Shown here: positions 41,496 through 55,013 of the stretch, one piece after another
How positions within the stretch are numbered: the stretch's first letter is position 1
How the letters are laid out: each line of letters starts with the position of its first letter
Position numbers and translations under genes: made by a program
Origin: Nageia nagi
Taxonomy: Eukaryota > Plantae > Pinophyta
Direction of reading: 5' to 3'
Length of the DNA: 64,000 nt
Assembly: GCA_050084985.1 (NCBI GenBank)
Contig: JBITNC010000001.1
Location: 40,300,001 to 40,364,000, forward strand
Notes under the pieces: generated by a model
What the model was told of the DNA's origin: nothing
The model's input: the letters and a program-made list of their open reading frames with translations, nothing else
The model's database searches: none

Positions 41496-42064
41496 ATAAT
41501 CCCAAGGTGGAGCCTTGTAACTAGAAATTCTATCTATAAAAATGGAAGGATCATTCATGAGAAATCATCATAGGATCCAAAATACTTGATAGGCATTAAT
41601 ATACTTATTTCATTCTTGATTGGTGTTTCTTAATGCCACCTATAATATCTAAATTTTATTATACATTGAGCTATGCATTCTTGAAATCTTCCTAAGCTAT
41701 CTATTTGTGATATTATGAGCATCAAAGGTGCAATGATGACATAGAGAAAAAGGTAAAGGAGGCCTGGAAAGATAACCAGGAAACATCACTAGGATCTTAA
41801 CACCACCATTGGGTTGAGGTCAAATTGGTGGCTCCATATTTCATAGAATCTCTTCATTTGTCCCCTTTCAATCAAATATATCCTTAATTTATTATGATAG
41901 GTAAAGTATAGGTTTGTATCTTTCATTAATCCAAATTTATAGTTCAAGGTCAATTAGGATCATTATCATCTTTCATGTCATTATCATTCACCATTATTTT
42001 GTTATTATTTGGATAAATTGTATATATTAAATAACCCTAATAGATTATTATTTCAGTTATAATA
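41496..42064 (+). repeat. 5'-truncated 3' LTR of the outer element
   Basis: Aligns to 8661-9224 and is followed by the TSD GGAAT. Confidence 0.85.
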
Positions 42065-44659
42065 GGAATTATAGAATAAATGAGAAAGGTTTAATGAATT
42101 CTAAATGTATAGAAATGTAATTAATACCTTTCAATTTATTATCTAAATGAATGAAATGGGTTTGATCAATATTGAAACACATCTTCTAAAAGAAAAGTGA
42201 AGGTTTCAATGAATGCATATGAGAAAAGTCTACATTCAAAGTTTATCATATATTCTTATAGTAATGATAAACTATAAATAGGATTATAAAATTAATTGAA
42301 AAAAGTATAATGAATTAGTTGAAAGGAACCTATTTAAATAAGGTATCTAGTTGGATTTATAAGTTATACTAGTATGTACATTGTGTTAAGAAGTACAGCC
42401 TTAAGAGTAATCTAAGATGTTGAATAAAAGTAATAGTATACAAATCAAAATCAAGTTAAGTATAAAACATAATTATTGAGAGATTAAAATTATTAATGAA
42501 CCAAATTAATGCAAATAAAATAATTATTTGGAATAATTATGGAATTATCTATAAATAATATTGAAAACCTTTGAGTGTTGGCAAACATGTCATTATTCAG
42601 AAAGGTAGGGGTTAAGAGTTGTTCATAGAGAATAACTTCATGCCCTTATTTTTTTAATAAGTGAGATAATCATATTTAAAACCTTCTTTAATGCTTAAAA
42701 AGGAAGAATTACACTTTTTAAAGTATGTATTTTTCCTTTTGTATGGTTGATGTGGGATTTCATGATTTGAAAGTGCAACCTTTACTTTTCCACCTGTACA
42801 TAAGGTTAGAATTGTTAAAAATTGACATAAATAAATAATAAAGATGTTTTAATACCATTAAAATACTTTAAAATAATTTATTAGATATTAAATCATAAAT
42901 ATACTTATGGTTACATTATTAATCACAAAAAGAGAAAAGTAGAGTAGTGACCATCAGAACAACCCATATGTTTCGATCGTAGAAAGATAATGGGTTTTTA
43001 TGATGAAAATACTTGAATTACTTTATGTATAGTCATATAATATATTTAAAATAAAAAATATGTTATAAATAATATGTGTAGGACATTTATATGAATAATA
43101 ATTTGAAAATATCTCTCTTATAAACCTAAGCTTGAATATCAGATTTTATACTACTCATTACTATTTTAAGTATTCTAATATAGATTAATAATGTTAAGAT
43201 AAGTATGACCATGAAGATCAAATAGGTTATTGATATTCCATCTAAATTGAGGATGTAAGGATAACTAGGATTAGAATTTTGTTCTAATAATTCAATTAAA
43301 TCAAACAAACCACCCTTGATGAGGAAAGCAGTTAACATTTTTGAAAATATTTTGATCCTTTAAGATATGGGCATGAGGTGATAAAACCATTGGTGGATAT
43401 AATCAATAAATATAGATAGGTTAGTCTTCATATTATAGGATAAGTAATAGTGGTTGCATAATTTGCACTATATTAGGTGAAGATATATGTCATAGTCATC
43501 TCTTCTTTTCATAGTGTATTAAATGGAGATGATGACTATTATAGGGGTGATTATGTTATATCCACATCATTTGATGTGGAGGATTATCATCAAGTGATGA
43601 TGAATAATATTGATTACATATTGGGTGATGATGATTAATCTTGTAGGTATGCTATCCTAGGTGATATAGGCACAAGTTGAAATCAAACTTGAATGCTATG
43701 ATCGAATGAATCACTACTAGTGGAGTGGTAATAATGGAGGGATCACATTTATGCATCCATTCTAAAAAGGAGAAGTTAGGAAGGTGAAATCCAAAAAATG
43801 GAAGAGGTTAATCAACCTAGGAATTGATTAGAGTAATCCACTTGAGTGTAAATTGGCCATTGATAGGAAGCTCAATGTAGATCTCATAAAAGTCCATTGG
43901 ATAAATATTTTGATGGGTATTTAAAGATTAATGTATACAAAAATATCCTAGTTTTTTACCATTTATAAAAGTAAGTTTAGTGAGGTGCACTACATGATGT
44001 TTCTATTTGGTGCTTGTAAATTGAATACTATTATAGAAGTACTAGAGAATATATTTGAATAATTTTAGTATAATTGAAACAATAGAGCATAATTATGTAA
44101 TTATTGATCATATGATTATTATTCACCATTTGAGCATAATTATAGAGCATATTTGAATATTATTATGCTTATATTTGTATTCATGTTCCATGTATAGTGT
44201 ATAATATTTATGTCCAAAAATAGGGCCCAATAGATGATGCGTAAATTATAACAAACCTATCAAATAATGACATGTTATCTTTTTCATACTTGTACAATTA
44301 GACCATCATTGAATTAAATGAGGTGCCTAATATCATAGTTAGAGTATAATTTATTGGATTTATAAAAATCATATCCTCATATAAAAAATGATAACTTAGG
44401 TGAACAAATTGGAAAGTTATTAAGAATTTGAGTTTATCAAGATTAGGGGGTAGAGGAGAGAAGAGGTTGGAATGAACATTTCAAGTTTTTTACAAAGGTA
44501 AGGGGTACATGAGAGGGTAGATGAGTAGAGATACTACTAGGTATTCTTTGATTTTTTCACATGTTATCTTATCAAACAATTACCATTCCTTGTATTCTTC
44601 CTCAATTTACAAAATAGGGCTTAATACCTGATGATGGAATTTAGAATAAAAGTATCTAA

Positions 44660-45023
44660 GATATTTTTTAGAATACCCATTTTGTGTATATCTTACAATA
44701 ATTATAGACTATGAAACTATGAATTTGCATCATGCATCTTGCTAAATAATTATCAAGCCTTATGTATTCTTCCATATTTTGTATACTTGTTTGAGGATAT
44801 CTTTTTAGAAAACCCATTTTGCATGTATCTTACAATCATTATGAAATTATATTTGCATCATGCATCTTAACAAATAATTCTTGGGCCTTATGTTTTATTA
44901 TAGATGTTACATACATGTATTAGAATAGTTTTTAGAAAACCCATTTTTTGCATATCCTACAATCATTGCAATACACAAAATTGTATTTGCATTACAAATA
45001 TTATTAAATAATTCTCATACATT

Positions 45024-45064
<41 letters not shown>

Positions 45065-45200
45065 GGAATCCATACAAAACAAATTGATGCAAAACCATTT
45101 TTAACTATTCTTTGATAGATATCCATAACTCTTTCTGAAGCTCCAATGGTGGCATATGTTAGAATTATGTTGGAAAAGATTGTAAAGTTTGTATTTACAT
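44660..45200 (-). pseudogene. PLS-class PPR fragments (one L motif plus three tandem S/P junction fragments)
   Basis: 'NFTIFSNIILTYATIGASERVMDIYQRIVKNGF' (45070-45200), 'AMIVGYAK', 'KAQELFVKMHDANII', 'LFSKMHDAN...IIVRYTQNGY'. Confidence 0.8.
45024..45062. repeat. (TA)n(TG)n microsatellite
   Basis: Seen directly. Confidence 0.95.
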
Positions 45201-45229
45201 ATAATAATTACATATACTTAAAATTTTGT

Positions 45230-45590
45230 ATTTTAGATCATTTTATATCATGTTATATAGTTACACCATTTAACATCATATGGTGTATTTAGATCATTCG
45301 ATATCATATGGTGCAATTGCATCATTTCAAACCATATGGTTTACTTAGATAATTTCATATCATATGTTAGTGTATTTACATCATTTCATATCATAAGGTA
45401 TACCTAGACCATATCATATGGTGTAGTTACATCATTTTCATGTCATGTGATGTTTTTAGATCATTTTATATCATATGGTATAGTTGCATCATTTTGGACT
45501 ATATGGTGTACTTAAATCATTTCATATCAAATTTTTGTGCATTTAGATAATTTTATATTATATGTTTCCCTTAGATAATTTCATATCCAT
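45230..45590 (+). repeat. ~29-bp minisatellite (TTAGATCATTTCATATCATATGGTGTA-like, ~12 copies)
   Basis: Recurrent CATTT(C/T)ATATCATATG units with alternating variants. Confidence 0.85.
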
Positions 45591-48192
45591 GGATTGGGAT
45601 ACTATAGATTTGTAGTTAGGTATTGCTTTGGGTGCTTCCAGTATTGAACTAGGATGAGTAAAGTAAGATATTAAAGAGTGATTGGTCAATTCCACTATAC
45701 CATCCTTCAATACCCTTGAAGAATCTAAGTAGATTCAATAATATAAATTTTTATACATTGAACAATGAATGAAATCTAAATGCATAAATATAAATCAACA
45801 GTGGAGCAATCTCAAAGTTGAATTGAGTATATAGATAGTAGAATAAAATATTTACAATCTTTAATGGAGTTTAGCTAGAATCCTCATCCAAAATACAACA
45901 CTTCACTTATTCTCTCACACCAATCTACACACCAACAATCCAATGGAATAAGCATTATAACTACAATGAGATCCATACTATATGTACAATACATCTAGGA
46001 GTGAACTTAACAATTGGAATGTGTAAGAACTAGAAATAAAATGAACTAAAGATGAAAAGACTAAACTAGGAAAAATGTAACACCCAAAAATGTGGTTGTA
46101 GGAACATAATCGCATTTTTTGAAACATGGTCATGTTTAGTTTAGAATAAGTGGCTACTATGTTTGGAACTAATATAACATATCAAGTCTAGATTTATGGC
46201 TTATTGAATATTTTTTGATGTTGCCTATCAAGTATGGATTTGTACCCTATATAGATTATTGCATTCCTTATTTGTTATTTTGTAGTTAGGTCTAATAACC
46301 TTGGTCGGTAACTTTGGTAATGAATAGGAATACAAAGGATCAAAGGAAGCAGAGCCATATGTTGGTGTACCTCCATATATTGATGGACTTCAATTCACCA
46401 ATGCCTTGATCCTAGTGATGATGGAGGTTCATATTCTAAGAGTGATTTGTCCTAATCCTATAGAGGCTAAATCTATAATACAATCTACATGACATATGTA
46501 AATGATATATTTTTAATCATTTAAATTCAAATTTGATAGGTCAAGAGTAGACAAGAACCCAAATCACATTTGCATAATTTATATTATTTATTGTTATTAA
46601 TTATTTAGTATATAATTATAATTGATATTAAATTAATTGTTTAATCAATTTTTAGTATCAACACTTTGGTTTTTCTAAAAGAATCTCCTTTTCATGGATT
46701 AGAAGATGAAGTGTGCCACTTTTTTTAATATTTATATGTCATTGATTGATGATTGAAAATCTCCAAAATTAAAAATACCTAGAAGATAAAAAATTGGTAA
46801 AATGTTTCAATCATTTAGCTAATAAGAAGTAGTACAAGGATATAAAATTTTAGTATTAAATAAATGGAGCTTTAAGGTCCAACCAAAAATGATAAATTTA
46901 GCAGTGATTAAGTTTCTAAAGGATCTTATCATCATGATATATAAGATCATGATCCTAATTGATTGTTAACTCAAAAAATTAAATTCAAATTCAAAATTAG
47001 ATTAAAAAAGTTCAATATAAAATTTAAAATTAAATGCCTTATCAATCACATTTGATAAAGAGAAATAAAATTAAATAATTATTGATAATCCAAAATTCTT
47101 CCTAAACTTTATCCTAGATCCTATGATTTTACATCACATATTTGATCTCTATAGAACCTTCAAAATCTAAGATCCATTTCCCTTATCCCATGGATTCCCT
47201 AGAATTCCTAATGTTATGAATCTTAATCCTAGGTCCTCCTAGTATCAAATCTTATTTAATATACCAATTCATCCTTCCATAATTTAGTTACCACATTGTG
47301 TATCCCTTATCATTTCAAAACTCATTAAGTCTCATATAAATTCCTCAAACCTTGAAAAAAGGAGTGGTGGTAGTCTTATAATTGACATTGATCCTTTTAT
47401 AGGAAACAATGACTATCATGTTTAACCAAAATAACATCAACACTATTATAAGCCTTTTTATACTCTCTAATCAAACTGGTTAGTTTACCAACTCATATTA
47501 GATCACAACCTAATATGTCAATCTACATCCCAATATTGGATTAATTTTGATCATCTTGATGAAAAATAAATAACAAAAAATGATGTCATAAAGGTACAAA
47601 ACAAGGTTTTGAGGATGTTTACATTAAGGATGAAGATGATAGTGATAAAGAGTAGGATCCTATATAAGAAATGCTACAAACTAAATATTGATCTCAAGAA
47701 GAATACAACAATAAGGTTGACATTGTGATAGAGTTTTTTCAAAATAATGTAATTTACTTGATCTTCACTTAATGAGCAATACAAAAAGACTAAAGATTTA
47801 GAAAATACTCTAAATAAGGAAAGAATTAAAAAAAGGCACTTTTGAATATCTCAAAAACTAGCAAGCAAAAACAAATAAAAATTATTATTAATGATAAAAA
47901 AAGAATAATAAATAAACACTACACCAAAATTGGGCTTTAAGGGTAGTTCTAATTCATCATAATAGACATTTAACAGTATATTTTTGCTCTCCATCTACCA
48001 AGGTATCATAAAAAATTAGCAAAAATTATGATAGTTAAAAACCACCTCATAAAACCTTCTTAATATATCATAAAATAATGGTTTTTAAACACCCTAATAA
48101 TTAATAGCAAAATGGTTATAAACCACTCTCTTATTATTAATGTTTTAATAAATACATAAAATATACTTTCAAGTGTTTTAACATATAGGGAA

Positions 48193-48460
48193 TATGGCAT
48201 TGAATTTCATTCTTAAAGCAATAAAGGATGAAAAAAATCAAGTAAAAGAATAACATTACTTGGAATCCAAGTAGGATTTTTGAGTTCTTGTACAAGCCCT
48301 TGGTTCAAATTCTAGTGACATGTATGCATATGGAATTGAATTTCAGCCTTAATGCAATGAAGGATGAAAATAACCAAGTAAAAGGATAGTCCTTCTTGGA
48401 CTCTAAGTAGGACTTTTGATTTCTTTCATAGGCTTATGGTTCAAAATCTAGTAACCATCC
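48193..48460 (+). repeat. ~137-bp diverged tandem duplication
   Basis: TATGG(C/A)ATTGAATTTCA...GGTTCAAA(TT/AT)CTAGT occurs twice. Confidence 0.8.
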
Positions 48461-48509
48461 CTATTAATATTTAACATGTTATTAAAGTATTATTAGAGAG
48501 TATAAAAAA

Positions 48510-49307
48510 ATTATCTAAATATGTCATAAATGGGTATGCTTTGGAGGCCCTCACATGTTTTCCATGAGATGCAATTGATTGGTTTTAGAATAGATTCAAT
48601 ATCCTTTATAAATATTCTTCTTGTATATGAAACTATTGTAAATTTAAAATGGGGCATGGATAATCATGGACAAATAACTAAATTTGGATTATTTTTGCAT
48701 GCAATTATGATAACAACACTAATACACATGTATTCAAAAAGTGAAAGAAATTAAGAAGAAAATTATTTTGTTTGACAAGATGTGTAATAGAAAAAATAAT
48801 TTCATGGGACATAATGATTTTAGGATATATAAGGAATGGACTCAAACAACTCATAACATGCTAATAAAATTACCTACTATTATAGTGTTGACTTGTTTCT
48901 CGGTTCTTGTAGAATGCAATCATTGAGGGATATCGATACTTAAAATTCATTAATCATTATTATTATATTACACCCATAATGAATTATACATGTATGTTTT
49001 ACCTTCTTGTCTTGTGTTAGGCATCTAGATGAAATAAAAGACATTATACATAGGATGCCAAGCAAACCTAATTACTATGATGTGGAATTTTTTTTGGGAA
49101 TTTTTTTGTTAGTTCTTATAGAATTAATAACAACTAGGATTTTATAGAGTTTATATAAGAACAAGATCACATCTAAAAACATATGAAATTTATAATGATT
49201 TGGAAAGACTACCTCAAGTTATGAAAGTTGTAGGATATGTTGTACATGATGTCAATCATTCTCACTACTTCAAGGATGAATAGTGTTCATGTGATGATTA
49301 TTGGTGA
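48510..49307 (+). pseudogene. PLS-E-DYW PPR pseudogene (RNA-editing factor relic) with large internal deletions
   Basis: 'FHEMQLIGFRIDSISFINILL...WGMDNHGQITKFGL...ITTLIHMYSK', 'YYYITPIMNYTCM', terminal 'HDVNHSHYFKDE*CSCDDYW*' ending at 49307. Confidence 0.88.
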
Positions 49308-49611
49308 TTGAATAAAGGAAGTTTATTTTGGAAATGAAAAAAAGCTTTTTATATAAAAGTATTTTACTACCATGATATTGAAATTGTATTTTAGGAGGAC
49401 AAGGCTCTATGCATAAGCTCTTTAGGAATTCATTCCAACTAGTTGTAAGATTTCAAAAAATTTAAATCTTAAGGGATTATTTTGAACCTAGAATATTTTT
49501 AAGGCATAATATAAATAATTGTAAATGTTAAATTACTCAAGATATTAATATAATAATTTAATTAAAAATACATTAACCTTACAATATTAGGTTGTTTTTA
49601 GTGTTGCAATG

Positions 49612-51032
49612 TGAAGAATTTAAAGGTTTAGAGACAAAAATAATGCTTTGATACCAAATGAAGAATTTGAAGTCACCACACCCCAAGAATGGTGAATAAG
49701 GCATAAAGACTCTAATACCAAGTGAATAATTTGGACCAAATAGGCTCAAGATAAGAACTTTGAATCCAAATTATTCTTTTGGAGACTCAAGGCTCCAAGA
49801 TTTGATACCATAAAATTTGGCTAAGGTTCCAACAAATTTTGAAGGATAAGGATTGGTCAAATCTCTAAGAAAATCAAAACACTAAAGGAAATGAAAGTGA
49901 CAAATATTGAGTCCCAAAGAAATCCAAAAAAATAGTGCATTTTGGAAATGTTAGAGTTCCAAAAGATTATGGTCAACAAGATTTCATCAAGACTTCAAGA
50001 AAATCAATAGTGTGAAACTACAGTTTAGAGGGTGAGCATAGAAAAGTTTGGAGCCCAAAACTTATGTGATTCCTAACAAGACCTAGCACTATGATCCATA
50101 AAAATAAATAGTAATAAATACTCTATCCATTGGTGAAGGTCCAAAATAATTTCAATATGGATATAAGGATCATAAATTAGGTAAAAGTATATAGACTTAT
50201 CAAGATTCATTGAGAAATACTACAGACTAGGTAGGTTTTATATTTTGTGATTTCTAAGTGTGTTTTGCAAATAATATGGAAAAGGATATATGGTTAAAAA
50301 GGTATTACACAAATAAATACAACCAAGAAGGAATCATACAAAATGGAAATATAGATAGAAAGATCTAGCCACTGAAAGCAAACTAAACCAAACAAAGATA
50401 GTTTGATGAATCACAAAATAACAAGACTATAAGCTCAAAAATGGGAATACAAATGAGTAGCCATGAAATCAAATGATCTCAAATAAGTAAATATCACCTT
50501 GGATTAAATATAAAAGTTTTGTAAGTATTTCTCAAGCATATGAGATTTGAAAAGAGAATACATGCCACATAGCCACAAGGTATTATAGAGAAAATGGGAA
50601 TGCTTTATATTCTAGAGCCAAAATGGTAACATAATATTATATAAAACATTCTCTATTGAGTATGGGAGATGAAGTATCTATTTATACAAAAATAAAATGG
50701 AGTGTAGAAGGCTCCATGTGAACTCATGGATTATAGATCTACATAGAAACATAAATGAAGTGCCCACAAAAATCAAAGAAGGTGGTATGGGTCTCATAAA
50801 TATAAATCAAGTGCCTATAAAATCAAAGAAGAGAATGGGAATTAGTGAAAAATTACAAAATCAAATCTATCTCAATCAAAGGAGCATATCTTTAGTATTC
50901 AACACTTAACAATGGTCCTGCAACTTACCAAATTTGGTAGGTGTAATAGTAGATGGACAATACAAGTGGTCAATAGCTATTGGCATTCAAAAGTTTTCTA
51001 AAATTATAATCATTAAACATTAAATTCCTTCA
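49612..51032 (-). repeat. 3' LTR of the Copia
   Basis: Colinear with 55014-56432. Confidence 0.92.
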
Positions 51033-51099
51033 TTATATCCCTTAATGTGAATGGTTTGAATACCAATTTGATATCAAAGACTAAGGAATCATTCCTTAA

Positions 51100-54000
51100 G
51101 GAGAGCCTTAATGAAAATATATGCAAGTTGATATTTAGACTTACAAAATGTGAATTCTGCAAATCTATCAATCATTAAGTCTTGCATAAAATGGTGTCAT
51201 ATGTCAATATGCTTTCTCCTACTATGAAATATCAAGTTTTTTGTCATAGAAATGGTGTTGGTGTTGTTACAAAGAATGGAAATGGACAAGGGAGGAGCCA
51301 AACCCAAATCTTCAAACAATTAAGCCATCCACATGGCTTGAGTGCAAGCAAAGGAGGAAGCCATGTGTTCTACTATAGTAATGGAAAGAGAAATAGTTTG
51401 TTTCTTCTTGCTTCTCAATGAGATTAAAGAGCCAAAATAGGAGAAAGCATAGACAGAGGTAATTTTCCTATCATCAAGGCTTTTGGCCCAATCAACATCT
51501 ATGTAGGTCGTAAGGATGTCAACATCAAAGGATTTATAACATAGACCAAAGAATTTATTACCATTGATATACCGAAGGATCCTCTTAGCAACTTTCTAAT
51601 GAGATTCATGTGAAGAGTGCATGAATTAATCCATAAGGCTAATTGGATACATAATATCTAGATGAGTGGTAGTGAGATACATCAAACTACTAATAAGTGA
51701 CCAATATATGGTGGCATACACTTGAGGAGTAGAATCCTCCTTCATGAGTTTAGTGCCAAGTACTACTAGAGTGTTAATAGGTTTGCAATCCTTCATAGAA
51801 AACCTAGCAAGCATGTCATCAACATACTTGGACTTAGTGATGAACATGTCATAGGATGACTACTAGACTTGCATACCAAGAAAGTAATACATGTTACCCA
51901 AATCATTCATCTCAAAATCCTTAATTATGGCAATTTTGAATGTATGCAACATGGAATAGGAAGTGCTCATGAAAATAATATCATACACATACAAATAGAT
52001 GATGATGAAATCATTTTTGGATACCTTAGTGTATAGGGTAGCTTTTGTGAAGCACCTTTAATAATCATTCAAATGAAAGTAGGTGTTTATTCAGGAATAC
52101 CAAGCTTTGGGTGCCTACTTGAGCCCATGGAGAGCTTTCTTTAGATGGTACACTTTATCTTCATGGCCAAAAATAGTGAATCCTTAAGGTTGATTCACAT
52201 ACACTTCTTCCTTTAAATCTCCATTGAGGACGGTAGACTTGACATCCATTTGGTATAAACTAAGACCAAGATATGATACTAAAGAAGGAAGAGAGCAAAT
52301 TATCTCAAGCTTGGTAACTAATGGACAGTCTCTTAATAATCAAACCCTTCCTTCTAAACATATCCCTTAACCACCATTGATTCCTTATGTTTATTAGTGC
52401 TACCATTAGCATTGCTCTTGAGCTTAAAGATCCATCTAACTCCAATAACATTTTGGTGCCTTGGATGAGGGATAATCTCCCAAGATTCATTCTTCTAGAT
52501 GTATTCAATCTCATCTTTCCTAGCCTTTTCCTAATTTTCATTTGCAGTAGCTTTTTAAAAGTTGGAGGGCTCAATAAGAGAAGAGGAAATAAAGGCATAA
52601 TTAGTGATTTGATCAACGCCCTTGGTTGTTACTAGATCACTCTTCTACTAAAGTTCTTATCCAATATTTGAGATTTTATATGATCTTTGGAAATCCTTCT
52701 CTTGGAATGAGTTTGAGCCATAGGAAGGTTTGGTTGTTGAGGATGAAGAGGGGGATTAAGATATAATGGCTTAGCTAGATAATCCACACTTAATTCCTCA
52801 ATCACCAAAGTGATTTTGAGGGCATGAAAATCATTCTTGTATTCTCCCCCTTTATGAAAGATCACATCTTAACTGATATGCAACTTCTAAAAAAATGGAC
52901 CATAGCATCGATAGGATTTGAACTAATCAAAGTATCCTAAAAAGATATATTTTATGGATTTTTCATCCAATTTTTTCCTATTTTCCTTGGGTACATGCAC
53001 ATAACAAGCAGAGCCAAAAATCTAAAGGTGCAAGAGATTAGGTTTCTTACCAAACTAAGTATCATAGGGGGTTGAATGTTGCATGACCTTAGTAGAGTAG
53101 CAATTGAATATGTAGAAAATAGTGTGCATAGATTCCCCCATAATTTATTATCCATGCCCATATCCATGAGCATGCTTCAAGCCACCTCAATGACTATCTA
53201 GTTCTTTCTCTCCACTAATCCATTCTATCATAGAGTGTAGGTAGTTATGTACTACTACTTAATACCATATTTTTGATGGAATTATTTAAGATTATTGGAA
53301 GTGAATTCACCACCATGATCTATTCAAAAACTCTTAAGGAGATAGTTGAACTACTTCTTAATAAGCACCTTGAACTTGAAAAAAGTTTCAAATGCATTTG
53401 ATTTAGTCTGCAATAAATACAACCAGCTCATATGGGAAAAATCATTAGAAAAGATAAGTATATACCTTCACTTAGCCAAGGTGGGAGTCAGCATAAGTTT
53501 GTAAATATTAGCATGCACCAATTCCAATGGTGCTTTTACATAGTGTGATTGGGAGGAAAACTTCTCTTTGTGTTATTTTCTAGAAATACAACTCTCATAT
53601 AAAGTGTCAAGAGCTAATGAGAAGGTTAGCATACTTATCAAAAGCTTAGGTAATCCATGGAGTGAGTTGAAGTTGATGTGGCCACATCTCTAATGCCACA
53701 ACCAAGTAGGATCAGTGGTGGATTTTAGGCATTTGATTATCATTAGCTACATGCTCAACATATACATGTGATTCTAAGATAAGAGAATCATTACAATAAC
53801 CTGCTTGTTAGCCTCATTGGTGATGGTGTAGGTTTTTTTCTAAAAGACTAAATAATAGTATTTCAAGCACATCTAACCAATGCTAAAGAGATTGTGCTTC
53901 AAGCTGAGAACACACAAAGTTTCATGCATATACATGATCTTAACAATCTTTTATTTAAAAGAAATATTACCCTTATTGATAATGTCAACTTGATTATTAT

Positions 54001-54960
54001 CACTAAACCAAACTTTATCAAAATTATTTTCCTCAAGTTGAATAAAAAACTTCTATTCTCAATCATATGATTTGAACACCCACTATCTAGATACCAAATA
54101 TGATCATTAGTAGCTTCAAATTTATTATGGGTGAGGAAGATATTAATACCATCACTTTATTCTTTAGAGTAGTTGGATTTCTACACCTTCTTCTTCCAAA
54201 AGAAATATTGCTCAATATGATCATATTTACCACATAAGTCACATTGAGCTTTGGTTTTTACCACCTCATCAACCTCTTCCTCTACCATGATTTCTTCTTC
54301 CATGGGTGCTACCACCACAACCTCTAAAGCTTGATTCTGAGCTAGAGGAAGTATAAGGTTTCTCATTCATCTAGAGCTTGTGTTGAAATGCTTGGTCTAG
54401 GTTCTCATCTCTATCTTGGAGTTTATGCTCATATGTTTGCAAGCTTCCAAGTAATTTTGGGAGAATGAGTTAAGTTAAGTCCCTAGAATCCTTAATCCAT
54501 CTTTCATCAAGTTACTCACCATGTGAATGAATTCCATTCACTAAATCTTGAACTTTGTTCATAAAGAGTTTAGTAGTCTCAACATATCCCATCTAGAGAG
54601 ATTCAAACTCCCATCATAAGAGTTGTAGCTTGGCAACTCTAACTCTAGATGATCCCTTATAGGCACTCTCAATAGTGTCCCACACAACCCTAGATAATTT
54701 TCATTCTATAATTTTAGGTAATATTGTAACATCTATCCAACTTTGTATGATAAAAAAAGCTTTAGCATCCTTCTTCTAGATCTCCAAGAGCTCCTTATTT
54801 TCATTTATTGTAAGTGTAGCAAAGGCTACAACATTAGGTTCAACATATCCTTGAGAAATAATAATCCACAAGTCTTGAGAGATGAGAAAGGTCTACATCG
54901 GTATGCTCTAATATTCATAGTGTTCTCCATTGAACACTAGGATCTGCAATTACAAGGAAC
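51100..54960 (-). pseudogene. Copia gag-pol, disrupted
   Basis: ORF fragments 54181-54366, 52952-53173 and 51626-51847, with motifs as above and many stops. Confidence 0.9.
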
Positions 54961-55013
54961 TTCCATTATTTGGATCCATTTAACCCAATAGACCATATGG
55001 CTCTACTACTAAT

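Larger units (their letters stand above)
8491..42064 (+). mobile_element. Outer Tat/Ogre-like LTR retrotransposon (non-autonomous or deleted), expanded to ~33.6 kb by nested insertions
   Basis: Left LTR starts TGTTAACA at 8491. Right LTR ends GTTATAATA at 42064. GGAAT flanks both ends (8486-8490; 42065-42069). Confidence 0.75.

Noticed and set aside
48290-48460. tRNA gene or SINE (GGTTCAAAT B-box-like motif, twice)
   Set aside because: No cloverleaf, A-box, tail or TSD could be supported; kept only as a tandem duplication.
48530-49307. Functional PPR-DYW gene
   Set aside because: Multiple stops and frameshifts, and the deaminase core is missing.
49612-49820. CRISPR array (repeat-spacer appearance)
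   Set aside because: The repeats are the retroelement att end plus Met-PBS, spacer lengths are irregular, there are no cas genes, and the context is eukaryotic.
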